From contig JBMSQQ010000010.1 in NCBI GenBank assembly GCA_049423385.1, positions 1 through 52,082 of the forward strand: a DNA stretch of 52,082 bases, written 5' to 3'. This document shows positions 27,815 to 37,258 of the stretch, piece by piece. The notes under the pieces are model-generated. The model searched no databases. It was given only the letters and a program-made list of their open reading frames with translations, and was not told the DNA's origin. The DNA is from Silvanigrellaceae bacterium. GTDB taxonomy: Bacteria > Bdellovibrionota_B > Oligoflexia > Silvanigrellales > Silvanigrellaceae. The translations under genes and the position numbers were made by a program. How positions within the stretch are numbered: the stretch's first letter is position 1; every line of letters begins with the position of its first letter.

Positions 27815-29701
27815 GTGATCAAACTCTCCGCAAGATGGTTAAAAAATGAACATCCGTTTGAGCTTGAATTCGAGGGCTACTCCGAAGAGCATCTTCACAC
27901 CCGAACTGGAGCTTCATCCGCGCCAGGAACTCCGAAAAGATACCATTCACCCAAAGATCTCGTTGCACTCGGAATTGCTGGCTGCACAGGGGTAGACGTC
28001 GTTTCGATTTTGGCAAAGATGCGTCAGCCTCTGGAGGCATTTGTTGTCGAAACCGAATTGACTCAAACAACGGAACATCCTCGGGTCTTCGACTCGTGCC
28101 GCCTGGTTTACCGATTGGCGGGCAGTCAGCTTGAGCCGGACCGGGTTGCCAGGGCGGTTGCACTTTCATACGGAAAATATTGTGGCGTGAGCGCCATGAT
28201 TAAAAAAAGCGGTTGCCATTTCGAACCACGGCTTTTCCTGAACGACCAGGACATAACGAACGATTTTGAACAGATATTGGCCGAAATTGTGCAGAGCGAA
28301 GTTCAATTGCGGGACGGAAAATCAAACGCAGCACTGCTCATCACGGGAAATGAAATACTATTTGGTAAAACCCAGGAAACCAATGGTCGTTTTCTGGCGC
28401 GAAATCTGATTTCTGCAGGTTTTGGGATTTCCGAATTGCGAGTGGTCGGAGATCAGTTTGCTCAACTTGCCGAAGCACTTCAAAGTTTGTTGCTGAAAAA
28501 CGACCTCGTCTTCATCACCGGCGGTTTGGGGCCAACCAAGGATGACCTCACGAGTGAAGTTGTTGCAAAGGTCGTTTCTGCGCCTTTGTCATTTTCGGAA
28601 GAGGCATGGAACGTTTGTTTGAGAGCCTTTGAGAGAATGGGGCGAAAGGAAGTTCCGGAAAGCAACAGAAAGCAGGCTTTGCTCCCTGAGGGAGCATTGG
28701 TGCTTGCGAATTCCCAAGGCACAGCTGCAGGATTCGTCGTCAATCATTTCGTTGATGGCAAGCCAAAAACAATTTGCGCCCTCCCAGGTGTGCCATGGGA
28801 ATGCGAAGAAATGTTCCAGAATGAAGTCAGGAGACTTCTTCCGAAATCAAAACAACGTATTCGTGAATGGGGACCCTGGAATATTTGGGGTGTTGGTGAA
28901 TCAGCTCTGCAGTCACTGATTGGGGAAACCGAATCCGCAATTCTCAAAAAATTGCCGCACGCGGAATTTTCGTTTCAGGCGCATGCGGGCTACGTGACCT
29001 ACGTCATTCGTTCCGAGTTTGATGATGAATCTGAAATGGATGTCGACCTGGCCGAGGAAGTTTCCAGCCTGGAGTCCTTGTTTGGCGACAGGCTTCTGTA
29101 CCGCAACGGTGCTCCATTGATTCCGCATTTGTTGTCTCTGGCGACGAACCTGGGTGTCTCACTCTCGTTGGCAGAATCATGCACGGGTGGACGAATTGCC
29201 TCTGAATTGACATCGGTTTCAGGTTCTTCGGAAGTCTTCTCTGGCGGTCTTGTTGCCTATTCAAATGAAGTCAAGAAATCGGCTTTGGGAGTGCAGCAGA
29301 CAACCCTTTCAGATTTTGGCGCCGTGAGCTTGCCTACGGCGGTCGAAATGGCAGCAGGATCTGCGCGACTATTCAACTCGAATGTCGCACTGTCCGTGAC
29401 CGGAATTGCAGGGCCAGGCGGCGGAACCGAAAGCAAGCCCGTGGGGACTGTCTGTTTTGCACTTTCCCTTGAGGGTCTGTTCAAGTCAGGGCGATTTGAT
29501 AAAATAACCATGTTGAACAACATGAGTCGATTGCAGGTCCAGGGTTGGAATTTGCAAGATGAAGACAAAATGATTTTGGCGGTTGAGAAAAGGTTCGGTG
29601 CATTTCTTGGCCGGGATATTGTTCAAAAGCGATCTGCACTTTTTGGTCTATGTTCGCTGCTTGCAGTTCTCGAAATATTGAGGAGTCCCGATTTTAAATG
29701 A
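27815..29701 (+). CDS. cinA: OsmC-like domain + CinA (COG1058 pyrophosphatase) + PncC NMN deamidase fusion
   Basis: PKDLVALGIAGCTG.DV and KYCGVS (OsmC); GNEIL.G...TN, TGGLGPT.DD.T, LPGVP.E; AESCTGG, YSNEVK, GAVS, TGIAGPGG..KPVG; start GTG 27815 or TTG 27803. Confidence 0.88.
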   Translation: MIKLSARWLKNEHPFELEFEGYSEEHLHTRTGASSAPGTPKRYHSPKDLVALGIAGCTGVDVVSILAKMRQPLEAFVVETELTQTTEHPRVFDSCRLVYRLAGSQLEPDRVARAVALSYGKYCGVSAMIKKSGCHFEPRLFLNDQDITNDFEQILAEIVQSEVQLRDGKSNAALLITGNEILFGKTQETNGRFLARNLISAGFGISELRVVGDQFAQLAEALQSLLLKNDLVFITGGLGPTKDDLTSEVVAKVVSAPLSFSEEAWNVCLRAFERMGRKEVPESNRKQALLPEGALVLANSQGTAAGFVVNHFVDGKPKTICALPGVPWECEEMFQNEVRRLLPKSKQRIREWGPWNIWGVGESALQSLIGETESAILKKLPHAEFSFQAHAGYVTYVIRSEFDDESEMDVDLAEEVSSLESLFGDRLLYRNGAPLIPHLLSLATNLGVSLSLAESCTGGRIASELTSVSGSSEVFSGGLVAYSNEVKKSALGVQQTTLSDFGAVSLPTAVEMAAGSARLFNSNVALSVTGIAGPGGGTESKPVGTVCFALSLEGLFKSGRFDKITMLNNMSRLQVQGWNLQDEDKMILAVEKRFGAFLGRDIVQKRSALFGLCSLLAVLEILRSPDFK

Positions 29702-30627
29702 AGGCGATGTCTGCAGCACTGACTTGCATCTGTCTACTGCCTTTGCGGTTGGCATTCGCGGAAATCCTGGCTCCAGATGAACTGGATTCAATCTCCTCGT
29801 CGGGTGAAGCGATTGTGATGTCTCAATCGGAAAAAGCCTGCTCTTTGGGATATACCGTCGGAGTCGAGGTCGCGGTTGGCGACATGACTTTTCCCTACGG
29901 CCCTCCAGGCTTCAAGGAATACAAAGGCACATCGAGAGCTTCCGGTATTGAATTCAGAATGCAAAAACCCTTGTGCACAAATATAATTGTTCAGTCTTTA
30001 TTTGGGAAATTCAGATTTATAAATTCGTTTCCATCCAGTGGCCGTATTTATGACGTTCAGGCAGTCTCATGGAACGAAGTGAGTCTGTCTGGCGGCGGCA
30101 CGTCGGAACTGTACCGCGGCGAAAATTTATTCACCGAGATTCAACTTGGATTGGGTTTGGATTACGAACGGTTTCAGTATGCTCGCGGTACTTTCTCTTT
30201 TCAGACGCTACCTCTGTCGCTTGGACTGAGAGCCTTCTGGCACTTCGATGTGCTTGGGCAGCCGGCAACTTTTGGATTAGACTTCGGAACTGCCAAGAGC
30301 GTCTTGAGTCGCACACTTGTAAAGTATGACTCTGCGCCAACATCCTCTAAAACCAACGCATCTGTGGTTCACATAAACGAGGATCAAAAGGTCTCAATCC
30401 AGGAATTGGAAGTTGCAGCCCACGTTGGATTTACATCGGTCGCAATGACAAAGGATGTCAATTACAACATACAATCTCAGCATCAATTGTCATTGATTTG
30501 GAATTCCAGGAGACGAACCGGGCAGCAATTCATGACCGAGCGAGTTCCTGTCACGGACGAAGTCAAACAATTTGATCTTGACATGAAATCCGCAGCCTGG
30601 ATTTTGCGCTGGTCGGAGCGGATTTAA
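29698..30627 (+). CDS. Exported hypothetical protein, possibly an outer-membrane beta-barrel
   Basis: Signal peptide ending AFA; beta-strand-rich; start overlaps the cinA stop. Confidence 0.55.
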   Translation: MKAMSAALTCICLLPLRLAFAEILAPDELDSISSSGEAIVMSQSEKACSLGYTVGVEVAVGDMTFPYGPPGFKEYKGTSRASGIEFRMQKPLCTNIIVQSLFGKFRFINSFPSSGRIYDVQAVSWNEVSLSGGGTSELYRGENLFTEIQLGLGLDYERFQYARGTFSFQTLPLSLGLRAFWHFDVLGQPATFGLDFGTAKSVLSRTLVKYDSAPTSSKTNASVVHINEDQKVSIQELEVAAHVGFTSVAMTKDVNYNIQSQHQLSLIWNSRRRTGQQFMTERVPVTDEVKQFDLDMKSAAWILRWSERI

Positions 30628-31289
30628 ACTTTTTTCAGCCGGGTGAATATTTCTTTTACATCCACTTCAAATTTTGGATCGACAAAAACTTGTGGAGACA
30701 ATTTCAGTTTGTCTGCGATAATTGTCTGGACACGCCTGATGTGAAGGTTTTTTCGTTCGAGCTTGTTTTGGCTGACCCACTGTGCAGCGGCGACAATGAG
30801 GCTTGAAACTTGCTCGGCGGTCAGCTTTTCAGTGTTAATGGTGATATCGAAGTCGGAGTGGTCGTTGATATCAAGGCCATACAGTTGCAAATAGCGTTTG
30901 CGATTTTGGTCATCCCGTTTCAGGGTCTTGTAGAGTACAGCCTCATACGATGCCTCTTTTTCGCTTTCACGTTTATTGATTCTACGTGCGCGAGCTTCAA
31001 GCGGTGCATGAAGCCAGATCCTGAGGTCAGCTTCCATCAACCACGCCGCAAGACGGGTTCCCAGGACAATATTTTCATTCAACGCGGCGCGGATGCACTT
31101 CAGGTCCGTCAGGTAGTCGAAAATGAAATTGTCGGGAGCCTCTTTGTGGAGGTCTTCAAAACTCATTCCCAACTCTTTCGCCAGGTCACGGAACGTGTAG
31201 TTCACAATCGTCAAACCGAGAGCACGACCGACGTTGGTTGTTGCTGTCGTGTTGCCGCATCCACTATGTCCAGAAATCGCAATCCGCAT
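30624..31289 (-). CDS. cmk: Cytidylate kinase, type 2 (archaeal/spirochaete-like)
   Basis: MRIAISGHSGCGNTT, NYTFR.LA, LG.RLAAW, WL.APLE.RARRI..RE, RYL.LYG.D. Confidence 0.75.
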   Translation of the reverse strand: MRIAISGHSGCGNTTATTNVGRALGLTIVNYTFRDLAKELGMSFEDLHKEAPDNFIFDYLTDLKCIRAALNENIVLGTRLAAWLMEADLRIWLHAPLEARARRINKRESEKEASYEAVLYKTLKRDDQNRKRYLQLYGLDINDHSDFDITINTEKLTAEQVSSLIVAAAQWVSQNKLERKNLHIRRVQTIIADKLKLSPQVFVDPKFEVDVKEIFTRLKKV

Positions 31290-31332
31290 GTCCGTCGGTC
31301 TCCCAAAATTGCATCAATCTTTTGCTTATAAT

Positions 31333-34300
31333 TCATTGCGTGCTGCATTGCCAGTTGGCGTCAAAGTCCCGGATTTTGCCAATCGCTCGTTCAAATTCAA
31401 GCTCGTCGATGCTGATCACAAAGCGGAGGTGGCTTGGCAAACCCGTCCAGGTCGCATTGTTGAGCAGCAGGCCTGTTTCATTGAAAATCTTTTGAGCAAT
31501 TGAATCTGCGGCGCTGGTTTCATCGAATGCAATTTCCGAGTCCCATTTTGTTCGCAATCCTTCGAGATATTTTCTGGGAGATGCACAAACAAACAATCCA
31601 CCTTCAGGTTGAACCACGTCCCATCCGGTTTCTTCGAGCATTTTTATGAGCTGTTCGCTTCGTTTCTTGAGCACTTTTCGCTGTGAATCGAGGGTCACGT
31701 GTACTGGATGATTCGCTTCTGCCAAAGCTTGGTAGATCTTTCGGGCTGCGTAACGCGTCGTGGAGTGGGGCAGGGCGCTCTGTCGGCTCTTGATGCTCGC
31801 AACCAGTTGCTCAACTGGGCTCAGTGCCCATCCGAAGCGAAACCCGCCAGCGGCCAATTCTTTAGAGACACCTCCCATGAGTACGAAGGGAACTTTGGTG
31901 GTTCCTGCATTCATGAGGATTCTGTCCAAATTGAATTGTGAATGCAATTTATCAAATTCGAGGCCCGAAAAAATTGTATCGAGGATCAACCCACACTTGT
32001 GTTGTTGCAGCACTTCGGAAAGCTCCAGCATTTCCGAGCCGGAATAAATTGCTCCGGTTGGATTTACAACGGGCGCATTCAGGTACAGCCAATGAGCACC
32101 CGACAGCGACAACGTGTCGTCAAGTTGTTGCGGCGTCAACTTGAATCGATTGCGTTCGCTGGTCTTGGCTACAACGTGGTTGGTATTGAAAAAATGTGAA
32201 GCCGCAACGAAATGGCCATAGGCTCCACTGGGCATGATGATTTTTTCATTGTTGCCCGTGATGGTTTCGAGAAGGGCTGCAAAGATGGGCGCAACTCCGG
32301 TTCCCACGGCAACGGTCGAGGCAGGTACTTCCGCCAGGCCGAAACGGGAATTCACAAAATTGACAATGCTTTGTTCCACGCTGGTTTCTTGGCTTGAAAT
32401 GTTCTGCCGCAGGTATCCTTCGATGATTGCCGCATGAAGTTGTTCCGGACTCTTGAGGCAGTTTTCGCCGTAATCAAGCCGAATAGTGTTCTGGTTGAGT
32501 TCGAGACCATTGGTTTTAATTGCCGGATGATTGAATGCTGTGATCACGTGTGCCGGTGGCATTACTTCAGTTGAGAACTCTGATTCAGTTGGCAGACGAA
32601 GCACATCGCTCTTGCTGCGTCTGAGATCTGTCAGTTGAAAATTGAGAAGATCCGAGAAGATTCTCGAATAGTATTTTTGAGTCAAAAGTGGAGTTCTGCT
32701 GTACGAGAGTTCCGCAGCGGCAGACAATTGTTCAAGAAGCCTTGAGTTTTCAGAGAGAACAAAACTCAGTTCAAGATCCGAATAAACTTTGTTGCGCACG
32801 AGCCCACACAGCAAGGTCACATGAGCAGGCAATCGATTGTCTGCAATGTGAGACAAAATGCCATGGCCGGACGGCTGGCTTGAGAGTTCAAAGTGCTGAG
32901 AAATGTCGATGACAAGATGAGTTGAATTGACCGCGCAAATTTCGCAAAGTCGTGCGAACGCGTCATTCGTTCGGATCTCAAATTCCTGGAGGCTTGTAAT
33001 CACAAGTTGCGGCTTGAGCTTCTCGACAAGTTTCCCAACTTCATCCGCACGTCTGGGAGCCTCGAGAACAAATGGATTTCTGGCACCTTGGGATTCGGGA
33101 ATGAACCGTGTCTGAGTCACGTGTGTGCCCAATTCGCGGTCGATCAGGGCCACTGCAGGATTGAAGATTTGCAGAAAGTTCTTGATGACGCTCCTTCGAG
33201 TTGGAGCGATAAAGACGCTCTTTGCTGTGATTGGTACTTTCCAATAGCTGCGCAGGTATTGTGCAATTTGTCTACGCAGTTGAGGTTCACCCTCGGTGTC
33301 TGAATAAGGCAATCCAGGGTTCTTTTGCAGCCAATCTGCAATGTTTCCAATAAAGTTTATTTTTTCCTCGGCTATGTCATCACTGTTGAAGGACAAATCG
33401 AGGCCATTCCGTGAGTCTTCGAACCCACGTTGAGCGATCAGTTTGAACAGTGATTTGGTCGGGGCAGGATGTCTCAATGTCGCTTCGTAGACAATCAAAC
33501 TGTGAGATATTCTTCCTCCTGCTTTCGCATATGCATTCGCAGTTTGGGCGCAAATGGGCTCATCACTGGTCAAACTTGTGAAGAATTCAAATCGATGAGG
33601 CGAGCCTTTCTCAATCTCGACAAGTGGCTGGATATCTGTGTCTTCTGCTTGCCAAACCTTGGTGGACCATATTTTGCGGATAGCAAATCCGCGTCGTGTA
33701 AAAAGCCTGTCCAGGACTGCTGTTCCGGGACGTCCGCCCATGTTCAAAATGATTTTCGCAGATGGCTTGCAGACTTCTATGGACTCCTCGACTGCCCTTG
33801 CAATCAAGCCAAGACCAAATTGGTCTTCGATGTAGCCCTGCTTTTCGCAATAATTGCTCAATGCGTGCAGGTCGTGGTCGTTGGAGTCTTCGCTGACAAA
33901 ACTGCTTGCCATGAGTGGCTCAGGGCTCAGAACCTGCGGAATACAGCCAATGACTCGATCGAGTTGAATCGATTTTTCAATCATGAATCCAAGCAAATCC
34001 GAGACATGAAACTCGACCCTGTCGAGCAGGCATTTTCCATCCGCGTCAATCCTGGGAGTACCAGAATCATCAAGCGCATTGAGAACAAGATTGATGCGTG
34101 CGCAGGTGATGGCACGTGGATTGATGTCCAGTCCGTAAATTTTCTGGGGTAGATTTTTTTGCGCGAGCGCAATCGATATCCAACCATTGCCGCAACCCAA
34201 TTCAGCAATCAGGCGACCCTGAAACTCGGTGGCAGGATATCTTGCGAGCCCTTCGAAGAATGTGAATGACCAATCCTCGGGGGTGAAAATGCTTGGAAGT

Positions 34301-34563
34301 TGAAGGAGCCTCAGCTGTTGACCCGCGGGGTTGTGGCCATCGAGCGTCAGGATGGCAAAAGAGAAGTGGTACTTGTGAACAAAGTCCTCAGTTCCTTCAT
34401 CCATCTCGTCACAATGTCTTATAAGTTGTGAAAGGAATCGACGGACCTGCGAGAGCTTTTCTGGTGTTGAGCCAAAGTCGAGCAAACTTTTCAGGGCGTC
34501 ATATGCTGCATGACTCGATTCTGAGCAACGCTCCAAAAAATCAATCGGACTTGAGAATCCCAT
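31333..34563 (-). CDS. Plant-type methionine S-methyltransferase (SAM methyltransferase + PLP aminotransferase-fold domains)
   Basis: PSIFTPEDWSFTFFEGL, AELGCGNGWISIAL, GLDINPRA, GCIPQVL.P, EDQFGLGLIARAVEE, NMGGRPG; 1076 aa; C-terminal NPTG, LILD, SK..AGG.RFG. Confidence 0.88.
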   Translation of the reverse strand: MGFSSPIDFLERCSESSHAAYDALKSLLDFGSTPEKLSQVRRFLSQLIRHCDEMDEGTEDFVHKYHFSFAILTLDGHNPAGQQLRLLQLPSIFTPEDWSFTFFEGLARYPATEFQGRLIAELGCGNGWISIALAQKNLPQKIYGLDINPRAITCARINLVLNALDDSGTPRIDADGKCLLDRVEFHVSDLLGFMIEKSIQLDRVIGCIPQVLSPEPLMASSFVSEDSNDHDLHALSNYCEKQGYIEDQFGLGLIARAVEESIEVCKPSAKIILNMGGRPGTAVLDRLFTRRGFAIRKIWSTKVWQAEDTDIQPLVEIEKGSPHRFEFFTSLTSDEPICAQTANAYAKAGGRISHSLIVYEATLRHPAPTKSLFKLIAQRGFEDSRNGLDLSFNSDDIAEEKINFIGNIADWLQKNPGLPYSDTEGEPQLRRQIAQYLRSYWKVPITAKSVFIAPTRRSVIKNFLQIFNPAVALIDRELGTHVTQTRFIPESQGARNPFVLEAPRRADEVGKLVEKLKPQLVITSLQEFEIRTNDAFARLCEICAVNSTHLVIDISQHFELSSQPSGHGILSHIADNRLPAHVTLLCGLVRNKVYSDLELSFVLSENSRLLEQLSAAAELSYSRTPLLTQKYYSRIFSDLLNFQLTDLRRSKSDVLRLPTESEFSTEVMPPAHVITAFNHPAIKTNGLELNQNTIRLDYGENCLKSPEQLHAAIIEGYLRQNISSQETSVEQSIVNFVNSRFGLAEVPASTVAVGTGVAPIFAALLETITGNNEKIIMPSGAYGHFVAASHFFNTNHVVAKTSERNRFKLTPQQLDDTLSLSGAHWLYLNAPVVNPTGAIYSGSEMLELSEVLQQHKCGLILDTIFSGLEFDKLHSQFNLDRILMNAGTTKVPFVLMGGVSKELAAGGFRFGWALSPVEQLVASIKSRQSALPHSTTRYAARKIYQALAEANHPVHVTLDSQRKVLKKRSEQLIKMLEETGWDVVQPEGGLFVCASPRKYLEGLRTKWDSEIAFDETSAADSIAQKIFNETGLLLNNATWTGLPSHLRFVISIDELEFERAIGKIRDFDANWQCSTQ

Positions 34564-34691
34564 TTGCTTGTACCTCTTCCATTTGTCCGGGGACGATATT
34601 CAAGCACGGAGCTTTTGCAAAGTTGCAAAATCCAAAAAGCATACGCAGACTGTCCGCTTGAAAAATCAATTTCCGATATTGGGGGAGAGCG

Positions 34692-35846
34692 ATGCCAGCT
34701 GAATCTAAGTTTGCTTTTGTTGTGAACCGGTTTTTAAACAGGTTTGTCTGCAAGACTCGGATCATAACAGTGGCAGTCGTGGCAGCTGCCGCGGGTTCAG
34801 GCAAAACGGCCCGGGCCCAGCCGGCTCCCGGCGCGGCATCTTCGGCAGCCAACTCTCCAAAAGACTTTGCGGGTGCGCAAGGGGCGAATTCGGGCACTTC
34901 CCAGTCTGTCACGGGCTCATTACCGGTCGGAGGCTCCAGCGAGAGCCCGCTTCATACCGTTGCGCCGTCTTCACTTTTGAACTTGCGTCTTCATCCTGCA
35001 ACTCTGCCATTGGAAGCTGAAGTGTCATGTTCGCTTTTGTTTGGCTGTCAATTGGGCCTCAGTCGCGGCTTTTCGGTGGGTGGAGACGCGCTCAAAACCC
35101 TTGGCGTGACAACGTTGGGTCAACACTTCTATGGTCCAGGTGCGTGGGCATATCTGGACGTAAATGTGGGATACCAGTTTCTCCGTTTGGCAGAGCGGCA
35201 ATCCAGCTTGATGGGCGCGTTCGGTTATCGCACTTTCAGCTACAAAAACTCAGAGGGGGCAAAATTCGGCCGTTCGGGCATGGCCTTCCGCACGGCTTAC
35301 GCGGAGTCCGTATTTCCTGCATATACTCAGGGAATGGTGTTTGAGGCCTTTTCGTCGCCCCTTCAGACCGAGGGCGGCGCCGATCAACCCTTCAATCCAT
35401 CCGATGAGAGAAAGGTGAGAAGCAGTCTGGTCAGGGAATTTGCTCAGTTCATGCGGAGCAATCCGCTACTTCGACTGCAGATGCCGGCCGATCTTGAAAT
35501 CATCAATTGGAGTCCGTCACAGGTTGACCTGCCCGGAGCCATGCGGGGATACTTGCGAATTTCTCCATCCTATGAGCAGACAGATTTGGTGATTCGAAGT
35601 GGTGACCAAGACATTTTTAGTTGGATAGAAAAGCGTTTTGCGCTGCAACTTATGCTAATGACGACCTACGCGTCGCCCGAGGAGCGTTCCGGTCGCTTGG
35701 GGTTGTTGGGCGGTCTGGGATTTGAAATGGCTGCTACAAAATCAAGCGTTGAATCAAAATCCACCCGGTCCGAATTGATTCCAACAATACCCTCTGCCCC
35801 CCTTGTTCAAGGAAAGCTAGAAATTCAAGGGACCTGGCAGTTCTAA
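34692..35846 (+). CDS. Exported hypothetical protein, probable outer-membrane beta-barrel
   Basis: Signal-like N-terminus ending ARA-QP; low-complexity linker; C-terminal beta-signal LEIQGTWQF. Confidence 0.6.
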   Translation: MPAESKFAFVVNRFLNRFVCKTRIITVAVVAAAAGSGKTARAQPAPGAASSAANSPKDFAGAQGANSGTSQSVTGSLPVGGSSESPLHTVAPSSLLNLRLHPATLPLEAEVSCSLLFGCQLGLSRGFSVGGDALKTLGVTTLGQHFYGPGAWAYLDVNVGYQFLRLAERQSSLMGAFGYRTFSYKNSEGAKFGRSGMAFRTAYAESVFPAYTQGMVFEAFSSPLQTEGGADQPFNPSDERKVRSSLVREFAQFMRSNPLLRLQMPADLEIINWSPSQVDLPGAMRGYLRISPSYEQTDLVIRSGDQDIFSWIEKRFALQLMLMTTYASPEERSGRLGLLGGLGFEMAATKSSVESKSTRSELIPTIPSAPLVQGKLEIQGTWQF

Positions 35847-35966
35847 TAAGTTGTAAGAATCTCGCTTGCGCTGCCTTCAGCTTTGTATTAAGCGAATCGA
35901 CTCACGTTCGGAAACAGCCGATTTCGCGCTGCAACTCTGAACAAGTTGTGAATAGGAAGGTTGCCA

Positions 35967-36389
35967 ATGGCAAAGAAAATTGTTGGTCTCATCAAGCTCC
36001 AGATTACCGCTGGACAGGCCACAGCGGCTCCACCAATCGGTCCAGCCCTGGGTCAACGCGGTGTCAACATCGCGATGTTCGTTAAGGAATTCAACGCCCG
36101 CACGCAAAAACAGGCAGGCACAATCCTCCCGACGATCATCACTGTCTACTCAGACAAGTCGTTTACATTCATCACCAAGACGCCACCTGCGACGGTTCTT
36201 CTGAAGCAGGCTGCCAAGATTCAGTCGGGAAGCAAGACCCCGGGCAAGGCGCTGTGCGGTTCTGTAACGGAAAAGCAGGTTGAGGAAATCGCCAAAACCA
36301 AGCTCCCCGACTTGAACTGCTATGACGTGGAAACAGCGAAGCGCCTCATCAAAGGCTCAGCTCGTTCCATGGGACTCGAAGTCAAGTAA
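35967..36389 (+). CDS. rplK: 50S ribosomal protein L11
   Basis: [36 protein letters not shown]. Confidence 0.97.
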   Translation: MAKKIVGLIKLQITAGQATAAPPIGPALGQRGVNIAMFVKEFNARTQKQAGTILPTIITVYSDKSFTFITKTPPATVLLKQAAKIQSGSKTPGKALCGSVTEKQVEEIAKTKLPDLNCYDVETAKRLIKGSARSMGLEVK

Positions 36390-36402
36390 TCAAAATTTAT
36401 TT

Positions 36403-36433
36403 TGAGGGAGGCTACAGGGCCGTTTGAACCTCA
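36403..36433 (+). promoter_or_regulatory. Probable L1-binding autoregulatory RNA element between rplK and rplA
   Basis: TGAGG-GAG-GC...GCC-GTTTGAA-CCTCA hairpin with a GGAG internal loop, directly before the rplA SD. Confidence 0.6.
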
Positions 36434-36444
36434 GGAGTTGAATC

Positions 36445-37137
36445 ATGAAAAAGATTGGAAAGAAGCTTTCTGAAGCTCGTAAAAAAGTGAACGCCGACAA
36501 GCGTTACTCACTCACCGAAGCTGCTTCTCTGTTGAAAGAAGTCAGCTACTCGAAGTTCGACGGCACTGTTGAAGTTGCCATGAACCTCGGTGTTGACCCT
36601 CGTCACGCGGACCAAAACGTACGTGGTGCTGTTGTCCTTCCCAACGGCCTTGGCAAGAAGGTTCGCGTGTTGGTTTTCGCCAAGGGCGAGAAAATCAAAG
36701 AAGCTGAAGAAGCAGGTGCAGACTTTGTTGGCGGTGATGACATCGCTCAGAAGATTCTCGGTGGTTGGCTCGATTTTGAAGCCGCTGTCGCCACTCCCGA
36801 TATGATGGGTGTTGTGGGCCGCCTTGGTAAGATTCTTGCTCCCCGTGGTTTAATGCCGAACCCTAAAGTCGGAACGGTGACCATGGATCTCCGTACTGCT
36901 GTCAAAGATGCCAAAGCTGGTCGTGTTGAATTCAAGGTCAACAAAGCCGGTATTATCCAGGCTCCTGTCGGCAAGACCTCTTTTGCTCCAGCAGCAATTG
37001 AAGAAAATCTCAAAGCTTTCGTCGAGGCAATTTTGAAGGCCAAGCCTTCAGCTGCAAAGGGAACTTACGTCAAGTCTGCATACGTCAGCGCGACGATGAG
37101 CCCAAGCCTCCGCCTCGACACGACCGAAATGAAGTAA
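36445..37137 (+). CDS. rplA: 50S ribosomal protein L1
   Basis: [26 protein letters not shown]. Confidence 0.97.
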   Translation: MKKIGKKLSEARKKVNADKRYSLTEAASLLKEVSYSKFDGTVEVAMNLGVDPRHADQNVRGAVVLPNGLGKKVRVLVFAKGEKIKEAEEAGADFVGGDDIAQKILGGWLDFEAAVATPDMMGVVGRLGKILAPRGLMPNPKVGTVTMDLRTAVKDAKAGRVEFKVNKAGIIQAPVGKTSFAPAAIEENLKAFVEAILKAKPSAAKGTYVKSAYVSATMSPSLRLDTTEMK

Positions 37138-37149
37138 TCGTTTTTTCGT

Positions 37150-37240
37150 GGGTCGAAGACTGCTGGTGCTCGATGGTTCGAGGTAAACCCCGCATAGACT
37201 AAGACCCCCTTTTTAGTCACCCGACGACGAAAGTCGTCAA
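37150..37240 (+). promoter_or_regulatory. L10 leader (autoregulatory RNA)
   Basis: GGGTC-GAAGACTGCTGG...CCCCGCATAGAC...GACCC pattern upstream of rplJ, followed by GACGAC-GAAA-GTCGTC hairpin. Confidence 0.7.
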
Positions 37241-37258
37241 AGTTGAAGGGAGGTTCGA

